Origin: Octopus vulgaris | Taxonomy: Eukaryota | Direction: 5' to 3' | Assembly (NCBI GenBank): GCA_951406725.2 | Contig: OX597837.1 | Location: forward strand, 16,492,001 to 16,556,000 | DNA: 64,000 nt | Part shown: positions 27,695 to 39,804 of the stretch, piece by piece | Numbering within the stretch: the stretch's first letter is position 1 | Layout of the letters: every line of letters starts with the position of its first letter | The notes under the pieces: generated by a model | Seen by the model: the letters and a program-made list of their open reading frames with translations, nothing else | The model's database searches: none | What the model was told of the DNA's origin: nothing | Made by a program: the position numbers and the translations under genes

Positions 27695-28948
27695 TCAGGT
27701 CATCACACAAGTTCTGTCTGAATTTTGAATAAAGAAAACAAGTTGATAAAATGATAAATTTAATTGAAATTTAATCATCAATGTACTTTCCCTGATTATC
27801 TATGACTTCCTTCCATCTATTTACAAGCTTTTTAATCCCATCAATGTAAAACTCTTTTGGTTTTAAAATGAAGAACTCTGAAATGTCAGTTTCAACCTCC
27901 TCCTGGCTTGTGAAAGTTATGTTCTCCAAATGATTCTGTAAACTACGAAACAAATGGTAGTCTGAAGGAGCAAGGTCAGGAGAATAAGGTGGATAAGGAA
28001 TTTTTTCCCATCCAAGCTCTTCGATCTTCTGTAATCTTTGCAGTGTGGGGTCACATATTGTCCTGATGAAACATCATTCCTTTTCGATTCACTAAAGCGG
28101 GTCTTTTTTTCTTCAAAGCTTGGTTCAAACGCTCTAATTGCTGACAGTAGACCTGAGTATTGATTGTTGCATTAGGTGGTAATAATTCAAAGTGAATTGC
28201 TCCTTTGCAATCTCACCAGATATAGAGAAGAACTTTTTTCCCATGAAGTTCCCTTCTCGGTTGTGGTTGAGCCTTTTCCCTTTTACCAAGCCACTGTTTA
28301 CGACGTTTAACATGTCAATAGAAGATCCATTTTTCGTCACCAGTCACAAGTCTATCCAAAAAGAGTGAAATGAGTTCGCGAGAATGGAGAGAAGAGCAGA
28401 TGTCAACTCAGGATTTGCCGTTGCTTTCAGACAATTCCTGAGGCACCCATTTTCTAAGTTTAGGAACCATTCCATGTTGTTGAAGATGACGATGAACTGC
28501 TGTATGGTTTGAACTAAGCTTTATTGCCAATTCTTCAACTGATAATGCAGGATTTTCTTCAAGTAGTACCGCAAAGAGATTATCATCAAACTTAATTGGA
28601 TGTCCTGTTTAATCTTCACGTTTGAATTTTGTAAACCGTCTTCTGCAAGTTCTTTAATTCAAGCATTCTTTCCCATAAAATGAGTGTATATTTTGAGTCG
28701 CTTCAGCTGCAGAGTTTCCCGTTTTGTACTCATAAAGTCTTATGTGCCTTAAATGGTCGTTGGATACTTCCATGTTAGAAAGGGTTTTAATCAAAGAAAT
28801 TTTAATTCTATTATTCTGTGAAATATTTAATTATTGTACACAAATGCATAAAAATAATTTTTAATTCCATTAGACATTCTAACATACTATTAAATTTCAT
28901 TCAATTTTAAAAAAGGTAAAATCAGTCAGAACTTATGGGATGACCTGA
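27695..28948 (-). mobile_element. Tc1/mariner transposon, full length (about 1.25 kb), with TIRs and TA TSD; transposase pseudogene 27771-28773
   Basis: TIRs TA-tcaggtcatcacacaagttctgtctg and cagtcagaacttatgggatgacctga-TA; motifs WVPQEL, VTGDEKW, YSPDLAPSDYHLF; frameshifts. Confidence 0.93.
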
Positions 28949-28994
28949 TATATATACACACACAAAATTTTCAGGATAGAATCAAGGTATTTAA

Positions 28995-30406
28995 ATAGCA
29001 AAGGCACCAAGGTAAAGTCGGGGATAGTGCACCAGTGCACTAACAATGTGTATGGACATATACATCCTTTTTAAAGTAAATACAGATTCATCCCTACACA
29101 TTCACAAGAACTGATCGAAAACACCTGTACACAAAATTATACAAAATTGACCAAGTGACATATCCTGTGTCTGGTTGGAAGATTCCTGGCTGTAACGTTA
29201 ACGTGGAAAAGTGGGTGGCAGGTATGGGATTTTTTTCACACACCAAAAAGCTCTCAGTGGATTTATATTCCCCTTTGCAGCTGTCGGCACTGTTGCTACC
29301 ATGCTGAACAATGAGCAGGCATAGGAAGTACGTCTATGAAATAAATTAAGCCTATGGGCACACCCAACAGCACCACATGAGAGAAATCTACGTGAAAGAA
29401 ATGACATGGTAAGGGGGGGGGGATTGGCTGAAGCTGTTAATGCAGCATTCCTGGCCAGGTGAATATTATGCTGCCCATCATTTTTCATGGCTCTTGCAAC
29501 ATTTTGTGATTGTCTAATTGAAATCTCATGGGATGATTCATTTGCTCTTTCTCTGCTACTGCCGTTTTTCAACCAATGGAGGATCTCTTCTTTGGAGACA
29601 TTATGTCAAGAAATATGACATAATAAACTAAGATCACAATTGTACTTTAATAATGAAATGTCAATGAGAAAAAGTAAATAATCTCTATATATAAAACTGA
29701 AATGCGTTTTTACTGCTTGGTTCGCTTTCAATGCCACTACGTCCCGTCCGATTCGCTCCAGGGACATGTAGAATGAGGTGACGATGTCCGTGGGCTACCT
29801 TAGAAATCCCTATCTTAAAAGGTGTGGTTGCTACGGGCCATCTTCCTCACTCACGCTATTTCCTCCATTCCCCCCCCCCAACTCCCCTTCATTTATAACT
29901 TTGACAATTCCACTCCCGTTATTTAATGTAAAGTTCGTCAGATGTATCTGTCTGCATTCATAGGGAGAATTATCATCGCCACATGCCACCACCAACACAC
30001 AATCATGAGAACAAATATTATGAATCAGATATTCATTGCGTTCATTTATATGTGTGTGTGTTCGATATATAAATATGTATATATAATGTATATATACAAA
30101 GTGTATATATCTGTATTTATGTATATTAAACTTTTTAATACTTTTTGATAGTTATATATATTTTTAAATAAATTATAAATATAATTTAATAATTTTTATT
30201 TTAAATTTAAATAATCTAAATTTTTCAATTTTATATATTTTCTATATTATATTTTTAAAATTTACAGGAACATGTAAAATGGGGTAACGATGCCCGTGGG
30301 CTACCTTAGAAATATACATGTGTATACATTACACATGTATATATATATATGTATACACATGTATATATACATATGTATACACATGTATATATACATATGT
30401 ATACAC

Positions 30407-30458
<52 letters not shown>

Positions 30459-30870
30459 GTATAGACACATCTTTAATTAAACTATTGACCGCCTTAAAAC
30501 GGATTTCAACAGACAAATATTACTATAATGGGGAATTAAATGTATTTATTTATAAACTTTAAACTGAACTTCAATTGTTTTATAAACCTAACAGCGTGGT
30601 GGTACGTAAATAAACGGCGTAAATTAACGAAGGTATAAACCTGACGTAAATACATGAAATTGACGTACTTTCACTTCTGACAGCTAACAGCATGACAGTC
30701 TGGGTCAACAGTTCGTTTCCTCGGAGGATATGGAAATTCCTATTACCCGTCAGAGAAATAACTACAGCAGCTCACAACTATTTCAACAAAGACAAGATTA
30801 CCTGCTTACCAGTCGAATTCAGCGTCAACGCTCACGTATGAGAGAGACTCCAGCACACAAACACACATAT

Positions 30871-30921
<51 letters not shown>

Positions 30922-32490
30922 GTGTGCGTTATGTGGTCAGTCGGTTTAGCTGAAAATATGCAGACCTATGTTAAAAGTGCTGGCAAGTTTGCATGACAAC
31001 TATTTTTTTTCCTCAAACGAAACGCATTACTTCTAGGACAAAATTCCTCATCTTATAAAATGTGGCCCCAGTACACCTGAATGAAATCGGGTTATATTAA
31101 CCAAAATGTGAAAAGGGGTCTAAATGGGGCTGGAAGGGGATTAAAATTTAAAGGAGCGAGTGTTTAGGAATTCTCTGTTACATCAAGCTAAAAAATTTGC
31201 CCCAGCCTTTTAATCGTCAATGTGTTGCCGTCCATGATGAAGAAGTTTTGAATGCTTGCTATGGTGAGTCTACTGTCGTGAGAAAGAATCACTTCAAAAC
31301 TTGGTGTTTACGAATTTTCTTTTACATCAAGTTCAAAATTTTACGCCAGCCGTTAAACTGTCAATACGTTGCTGTCCGTCGTTAAGAAATGCCAGCCATG
31401 GTGACTCTACTATCCTCAGATTCTATCCCTTCAAACTTTGGTTTCCAATATTTTATTATTTTTATTCAGCTCGCAAGTTCGTCTGTCCCTTTTAAATGTT
31501 AGCGTTTTGCTGTCTGCCTTGAAGCAGACCTTTCCGTTGCCACTGCCTGATATTTATGATTGATCTTTCTAAATATTTTATTTCTCAACTTACTCAAGAT
31601 CTTTTGTTCTTTATAAATGGGAGAGAGATAGATAAAGATAGAGAGTAAGAGAAAACGAGGGAGAGTCCGAGAGAAAGAAATGTAAGAGAGAAAGGAGAGA
31701 GAAACAAAGAGGGAGAATCATCATCATCATCATTGTTTAACGTCCGTTTTCCGTGCTAGTTTGACCGGGGTCTGGGAAGCCAGGAGGCTGCACCAGGCTC
31801 CAGTCTGATCTGGCAGTGTTTCTACAGGTGGATGACCTTCCTAACGCCAACCACTCTGAGAGTGTAGTGGGTGCTTTTTCGTGCCGCCGGCACAGGTGCC
31901 AGGGGGGCTGGCAGCGGCAACGATCGGTTGGTGCTTTTTACGTGCCACCAGCACAGAAGCGAGTCAAGGCGGCGCTGCAATCGGCCACGTTTTTTTTTTT
32001 TACGTGCTGAAAGGAAGCAACAGAAAGTAACAACCACACTCTTACCCGCGCGTAGAGCGGGTCACCTTCAGCTAGTATCAATATATAAGCAAATTTTAAG
32101 GAATACAATGAACTGAGATGACACTGTTATGTTAATAATTAAATGTCAATAAAAAACATTAATATCAATATTTTAAAAAGATGGAAAACGTTCAACAGAA
32201 AAATGTTTACCTAGTAATTTAATAAGTTTTACATAGTAACATGCACAAGTGAATTAATCGCGCTGGATGTAAGGGAAACAATCTGAAAGTTACTTCGCAA
32301 AGAGTTACCTTCCTTGCCCACAGTAATTGTACATAACCCAGGAGAGGGCGTTGTCTGCTTCCATAGGCCCTGTTACACATTATTTGAAACATTTTAAGAG
32401 TCTAAAACCATCTCTAGATCCTAAGTAATCTATGTTCCCAGTTTGGAGAAAATCAGTCATGAACTTCATAAGTTATGTGGGTCTACACAC
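28995..32490 (-). mobile_element. Probable older Helitron remnant hosting the younger Helitron
   Basis: Minus strand near 29600 gives MSPKKRSSIG*K..., resembling Helitron RepHel N-termini. Degenerate xTAG plus GC hairpin at about 28995-29025; Helitron-like 5' region at about 32400-32490. Confidence 0.4.
29682..32075 (+). mobile_element. Non-autonomous Helitron, about 2.4 kb, with internal cargo
   Basis: 5' TC(TCTATATATAAAA) after A29681; 3' hairpin acccgc/gcgggt (32044-32062), CTAG at 32072-32075, then T. Confidence 0.8.
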
Positions 32491-32693
32491 ACACAATATA
32501 AGGTCCTGGTAGGGTATAATGGTAGAGTAATTCCAATGAAGCACTAAACTGAGTTCTTAGATATCAACACTGTTGGCTTCCAGACTAATACTAATACTTC
32601 AGGTGTAGAAAATCTTGGTTTTGTGTGGGTTAAGCAAAGAGTAAAGTATAATCCAAATAAAAAAAACAGAAATACTTTAAACATGTCTTTAAT

Positions 32694-32819
32694 GATGCGT
32701 TACAATTATTTCTGTACCAACTCTACTTGCAATGTCAGTTTACGCAAAAATTCAAAATAGAAATTTACATAATCTTTGCAGTTTCAGACATTAGAGTGGC
32801 ACTTCACCAGACTGGCATC
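32694..32819 (-). ncRNA. Type I hammerhead-like motif with very long stem II
   Basis: gatgccagt-CTGGTGA-a-gtgccactcta...tagagttggtac-a-GAAA-taattg-TA-acgcatc. Stems I and II pair; core A6>G; first base of stem III mutated. Confidence 0.65.
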
Positions 32820-34029
32820 AAAGGTGCACTCTTACATTGAGCATCTTTCAAACATCATTGCTGTTTGCTTACGTTTAGAAATAAAAAATGAAAAAAAGTT
32901 TGGTTATGGGATGAATAATTAGTTTAGCATATGAAAGTATATCTATACACACACACACGTGATGACACTTAGCTGGCTGAAATATCGGAGTTACAGTCAA
33001 TATCATGTGTGTGTGTGTGTGTGTGTATAATTATATATATATAAGGTCGTGTTCTGTCCTTACCTTCGAAACACGCATGGAGTCGAACCGGGGACAGCTG
33101 ATGAAGGGGAATGTTCCTTGTGTTGTTTGTCTTGTGCTCTGTTTTTCCGTTGTTAAAAAAAAGTCCGTTTCCATGTTTTTATGTTTTCGTTTCTCATTGA
33201 GTTCTACGTCTATTTGTGGTGTCTTGTACTCATATATATATATATATATATATATATGCATGTATATATACATGTAGGTATGTACATATATGTATGTATG
33301 TATGCATATATTTTATTTATTAAATTATATATATATATATATACAAATAAACATGCATATAGATATCTATCTGTATGTATGTATATATACACACACACAC
33401 ACACATATGTGTATAAGAAAGAAAAGGGGATTAAGAAAGCCAGGCAGATATCAGTAAACCATTCAGTTTTGAATGAATTTGTTTAACTAATGCCAATAAA
33501 TGCAAGTGGAGTAAAGAGCCCAGGTAATTCCTTATGTATGACAAGTAGATCCAAATAGTATTTAGAAGAATTTCAAGAAATTGAGAGTATTAGACAACAA
33601 AAATACGGATAAAGAAAATCATCTATAATTGAATTCACCTTGCAATGCTAAAATGATTGTTCCTGATGTATTAACATATTCAGATATAGAAAATATTCAG
33701 ATTAATACATCCAAAAATACATATTAACATAACATTTTGAAGGCGATCCAAAATAAGTTAAATTCAAAATGAACTAAGAAAATATTTCTTGTACACAAAG
33801 GCATACAAAAAAGAACGTTAAGAAGAAATACAATATTCTAAGAAAAGGTATTTTAGTATTCAACTTTTGGTCATGGATAATGAAAGAATAAAAAATAAAC
33901 ATAAGAATTCTATGTCACAACAATTAGAAACATAGAGATTCTATAACATGTCAATTAGTTATCTATTTATTAAATTTGCTAAATATTTTTTAGAAAAATT
34001 ATGCTTATATGAAAGGCAATTATAATTAA

Positions 34030-35035
34030 GAATTGAAATTTTTAAATGTCTTCCTAAATTTGTGACATTTCAATGTTATAATTCAATAACATTCATTTAG
34101 AAGTAATTATAGAACACATTTCTTCAAGACAAAGATCACATTTAGAACCGCCAATATTGTATGATGGTGCATAACTAATAATGGACCACTTTAAATAATA
34201 TTTTCTGTTCCTATCCTTTAAATCCCAAATGCATTTACTAAGATTTGTAGAATTACCTTTTCTTTTATACTTAAATGAATGAGAATGATTATAAAATCTA
34301 GATTTCCAAACTGTAGCAGATGAACCTAGGTAATGATACTTATGATCCTCTGTTATTACTTTTCATTTATACACTATATTTTTCCTTAACCCTTTAGTAT
34401 TTAAACCGGCCATATCCGGCCAAAATAGTTAATCTGTTTTATGTTCAAACTGACCAGATCCAGGCTCTCACACCTACCCTACAATGTTATTCTACATTAA
34501 ATAATTACACCATCAAGATCTTGAAGATATGGGATAATGCATGATTAATTCAAATCAATGTGAATCAATAAGCATTATGTTTGATAGAATAATCTGAACA
34601 CTAAAGGGTTAAACACTGATTTTCTAAAGGAAAATTTTGTTTTTACAATTACACAGGCATTTATTCAGTTGTATTTAGTACTCATGGTTAAAAGAATTCC
34701 TACAAGTCCTCCTCTCAGAATTAGGTGTTAACTTGTATTATCAGAATTTGAATAACTTTTGCTTACAGTATCAAAATCTAATTCAGGAAAATTTTCATTA
34801 GAGTTAATTTCACAATTCACACTTATCAATTCTACTTTCATTTACCGATTTTGTGTTGAGATATTCTCTAATGTTCTGTTTGTTATGCACTGCTATAATC
34901 TCAGTCAAATTTCTGGTGGTTGAATCTGAAAATTTTTTATTATGGTGATTAAAAAATTTCCCATATTTACTTGAAGCTGAGAAACATTTATCTAGTACCA
35001 AAGAATTTTCGAGGAATATTGGTAGCTACTGATAA
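34030..35035 (-). mobile_element. Penelope-like element (Naiad-type) 3' ORF relic: thumb/linker plus GIY-YIG endonuclease, interrupted by a MITE
   Basis: VATNIPRKF..LDKCF..KFFN..II..HNK; CNC..PL.NQCL; IVYK*KV...YLG...WKSRFYNHSHSF...STNLSKCIWDLK...KWSII...CDLCLEE...LLN. Confidence 0.82.
34390..34608. mobile_element. piggyBac-type MITE, 219 bp (inverted twin of 17760-17978)
   Basis: TTAA at 34386-34389 and 34609-34612; removing it restores the PLE frame (C-L-R-K-N-I-V-Y). Confidence 0.92.
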
Positions 35036-35231
35036 TATTCCTTGATTTATTTCCAGTCTGATTTGGTTTGGTTTCTATGGCTGGATGCCCTCCCTAACAC
35101 CAGTCGTATTACAGTGAATGCCGGGTGCTTTTAATGTGGCACTGTAAGAGTGCTCTAACATGGCACTAGCTTGAGTGCTTTTTGTGTGACACTGGTACAG
35201 GATTCTTGCTGGGGGGGGGGGGCAGCCTTAA

Positions 35232-36300
35232 CCCTTTCGTTACTATATTTCAGACCAAAATTATGTGTTTCAATTAATTTCTAACGTAATCATAAATTTA
35301 GTCTGGTTTCATTAAACAACTATAACTTTTTTATTTATCAATCGATTAATCTGATTTTTGGAAGATAATTTAATGAAATATTCTCAACCAATTCTAAACT
35401 ATAATTTTTGTCACAAAGTGACTCTAATTGCAGGTAGATACAGGTAAATTCAACAAAATATAAAATTATTAAAATTTTGTTCAAACATCACTATAGAAAA
35501 TGGGTTATTAGCTAATATTCAATTGGGTATACAACAAAATTTTACGATAGAATTTGTTATTCTGGGTAACTTTCTGATACCCATAATAATATTTATGGCA
35601 AAATAGTCTTAATTTCATTTAAGGTTGTAGGAAACCACAAACTATCGTTTCTTTCGCTTTGTTTACGTTTAGCGTAACAGTTCGTTTCCGCCGTAATGAT
35701 TTCAAATAGGCTCATTCGAAAAAGTAAAAAGAAATAGTCTAAGGCTTTACTCTCCTGGGAAAGTCTGTGGCTTGGTCCAGTTTCTTCAGAAAAATCACCG
35801 AAAGAAACAGTTTTTAAATTTTCACTCCATTCAGGTGCCAATACATTTTCTTTATCGCTGTCGGAGATCTCGGATTCACTGTTTTCACTTTCGGAAAATG
35901 AAACATCAGATTCATTATCAAATACCATGTGCTTTTTTTTTTTCAATCATAGAGTTAGATTTGTGAAGGTCTTCAGTAGAAAATCCTTCAAATTCTGACT
36001 CGCTGCTTGATATAATGAAATTCGTATCCATTTTTTGTCAGAATTACAAATTTTGAAAACACAATAGGAACAAATTTCGGAAAAAAATCTCCCAAAATTC
36101 ACGGAATTAAAATTACACTTCGATTATTGTACAAAACTGTAGTTGAACTGTTTACGAAGTATAATACGTGTTTTCACGAATGTACTAAAGAGATTTGCTC
36201 TGATATTCTCATTTAAATATGAATAGGTAAATTCGGGCGGCTTTGGGCGGTTTGGTCACATTAACCAAAATTTTTTTCGGGCGGTTTGGTAACGAAAGGG
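35232..36300 (-). mobile_element. Internally deleted piggyBac transposon (TTAA TSD, TIR CCCTTTCGTTAC) retaining the transposase N-terminus
   Basis: TTAA at 35228-35231 and 36301-36304. Acidic N-terminus, then GPS..LDYFFLLF..IITAETNCYA..W.PTTLNEIK, typical of piggyBac transposases. Confidence 0.92.
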
Positions 36301-38339
36301 TTAATACTTCTGCTGTGGAGGGTCCCCTTGAGTACTGCAAGGTGCCAGGTATCTAGGTCCTTTGTCATTGTGTCTGAAAGGTTCAGTGTCCTGAGGTTGT
36401 CCTTCAGTACTTTGTCCTATGTCTTCCTGGGTCATCTGGTCCATGTATCCCATCCACTTTAAGAGATCAGCACTCCTTTATCGAGATGTCAGCATCTATC
36501 TGCATCACATGACCAAATCAGCAGTCTTCTCTATTGCACACTGCATCTATCTATATATACATGTGGACACACACACATTCAGTTATACGGTGAGTTTCTC
36601 TCAGTTTCCATCAATGAAATCCACTTGCAAAGCTTTGGTCAGCTTCGGGTTACAGTAGAAACACTTGTTCAATGTGCCATGCAGCGGGACTGAACCTGAA
36701 ACTATGTAGTTTGGGAAGCAAACTTCTTAACCACACAGCAAAGCCTGTGGGTTTTAAATGACTTCTGTCAGATCATGCCAATTTCTATACAAGTAGAATG
36801 ATCCAAAATTTCAAAAGTTTCAGCTAGGCCACAAGAACTGTTGAGAGATGCTGTTACCCTGCTGCCTAAAAAAAAAAGCTTAAAGCATTGGAACAAATTC
36901 AGTTTTTCACACTAGTTTATCATTTGAGTGATATTTCTATCTAAACTAGACAAGTGTCCCTTGGGTGGTTGGCAATATACACACATGCAAACACATACAC
37001 ACTGAATTTAGTGAATCAGGAGCAGTTTATTTCTACAATTAGATGCCAGTATGGGGTGCAGAATATTTCAGATATGTTAGTCTTATGCTTGTGCACTATT
37101 TTCTGTCTATAATGCAGTGTCTGCACAATTTACAAACATATGCATAGTTGGATTCTATGTTGGCTTCAATGAGGAAGATTCAGCTGTCCAATCAACTGAA
37201 TTTCCTACTTGTTGAATCAGTGTGGAAGTAGCTGAACCTACCACAGATACCTGTATTTTAACAGTAATTCTCAGGTAGAACCTGTGTGATTGAAGCTGTG
37301 CCTTTGAATTACAAGTGCAATGCATCTGATGGGCTTCTATACAGTTTCCATCTACCCAGTTTCACTCATCCCTTATGAGTTGACTTAAAGCTAAAGAAAA
37401 TGACATTTGCTCAAGATGCCATGCAAAATATGCCTACAGACACACAAACACACACCATTCCCTGTTGCCATAGGTTACATTGCCTTCATTGTCCAATTTG
37501 GTCTTGTTGTATTTCAATTTTGTGAGCCATACAAGCAGTGTCATTCATTTCTAATATTCTGTGGAAACATATTCCAGCCGTGGGGGAATATCACATTGCT
37601 CCCAGCTGTCATAAATCTGCTACAACAAACATGTCTGACCGATGCAAGCATAGAAAAATGGTTGTTAAAATGATGATGATGATGATATCAAATAGCACAT
37701 GTAAAAATAAAAGAAATTACCATTGCAAGAATGGTGGATTTGTAGATTAAGTAGAGCACCAGACAAAATGCATTGCACTCTTCGGTTACATTCCGGTATA
37801 TTCTGAGTTCAAACTTGCCCCACCCCACCCTCTACCCACAGAGAGGAAATGGCATTGCTTTTTGTCCTTTCAGGGTGGATGAAATAAAGTACATCAAGTA
37901 ACTGGAGAATTGGTTTAACTATATAACACACCTCACTTAAAATTTGTGGCCTTGTGCCTATATTACAAATCATCCTTATTATTACTACTACTAACATTTC
38001 AGCAAATTTTATAAGCTTATAGAACAAAGCTAATTCCCCGACCGAAATGATGCAAGGCAGTGTCAGCACCACTTGAGTGATGATAAGGGTTTTAACATTT
38101 CAGCTAATATTTTTGAAATGAAAAATGCCAATCAGCCCCCCTGTGAAACAATGCTAGCTAAAGGTCTTCCGCCTCAGTGAGAAAGGGTATGGGATATGGA
38201 GGGGTGGGAATTTAAAATCCCTGAAATGGGTGGAGGATGGATGTCTGTAACAAACCATTCAAACACATCAGTCTTTCATATAATCTTGTTCTGCTCAAAA
38301 GATTTAGTTGCCAAAGTATAAAACTCTGGTCAGATGAAA

Positions 38340-39070
38340 TGAATAATAATTCTTTCTAGAAATTTTGGAGGTGAGATTGGTCAATTACATCAGATCCTAC
38401 TTCTCAACTGCTACTTATTTTACAGAACCTGGAAGGAAGAAAGGCAAAGTCGACCTCAGCAGAATTAGAACTCAGAATGTAAAGACCAGGGAGGAACACT
38501 ACTAAGTATTTTGTCTGCTGTGCTAACAATTCTGACAGTTTGTTACTTTATTAATGATCCTTTCTAATATAAGCACAAATCCTGGAATTTGGCGGGAGGG
38601 AGGACTAGTCAATTACATCAACACTTGTGTTCAACTGGTGCTTATTTTATCAACTCTGAAAGGACCAAAAGGCAAAGCTGACCTTGGTGGAATTTGAACT
38701 CAGAACATAGACAAATACTGCCAAGTATTTTGTCCAGCATGCTAACAATTCCATCAGCTTGCCACCATATATAATAATCACTTCAAATTTTGACACAAGG
38801 CCAGTAATTTTAGGGGGAGGGGAAGTTGATTTTAATGACCCCAATAGTTGACCAACACTTTATTTCATTGATGGGGACTCAGAAGGTAAAAAGGCTGCAA
38901 GAAATGCTGCTAAACATTTTAATGATTCTACTAATTTTCCACCTTAATAATAATGTTTCTAATTTTGATGGGAGAGGGGTTAGGTGATGCCGGACTTGAC
39001 TGGTACTTCATGTTACTGACTCCGGAGTGATGAAAGGTAAAGTTGGCTGCAAAGGATTTGAACGAATAGT
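38340..39070 (-). repeat. Head-to-tail cluster of about 4 degenerate family-B SINEs
   Basis: Repeated gaaaggcaaagt..gacct...gaatttgaactcagaa cores separated by TAA-rich tails. Confidence 0.7.
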
Positions 39071-39753
39071 CAGATACTGCACATAACTCCACAAATTAAC
39101 AATGCTTGGACATGAATTTATGCAGGCCTGGTTAACAGCAGTGTCATGCTTATAAAATTTATCTTGCACTGGAAATATTCAACTCCTCCTATTAGCACTG
39201 GAAGCTATCCATAGTTCCCAGGCAGGACATCCAATAGCATAAACTGTTCAGTTGACATGCACTGACACACAGCCTCTCCAAGAACATTGCCATTTCTGCC
39301 TACCACGAACCCTCTACAGAATGGATGCACTCCTGATCACATTACCCAACTAACAAGTGGTGAATCTTGAATGTATCCATGATGTACCAATATATACGTA
39401 TATGATCTGTAGAATTAGTCTTCTCTACAAAATGTCTTTATGTAATATACAATTGTATTAGACAATGCTAAATATGCATATTGATGCAAAAATGTATGTA
39501 TTAATTTGGAATGTTAAAATTAATATGACACTAAGATTACAAAACAGCTGTAATCATATGGAAATGATACATAAAGCTGTATTCATTTATCACACTTCCT
39601 GGTTTTGTAATTATTTCCTTCTCATGGAAATATTCACTGCTTGTACATTGTAATTTAATTATGATGTGAACTGATAGCCAATTCCTTGCAGGAGTGCTTA
39701 TGTGTTTACTGTGAGTGCAACTTGATTTTCTGAACAATTTCTTGGGTTTGTAA

Positions 39754-39804
<51 letters not shown>

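Noticed and set aside
33045-33120. cGAAAc...GTC...CTGATGA in type II hammerhead order
   Set aside because: Stems I and III do not pair convincingly and a competing hairpin (ctgtcc/ggacag, ttcga/tcgaa) fits better. Probably a repeat fragment; not called a ribozyme.
33836-33876. SECIS-like ATGA..AA..GA downstream of the PLE relic
   Set aside because: Non-canonical spacing and a weak stem in very AT-rich sequence.
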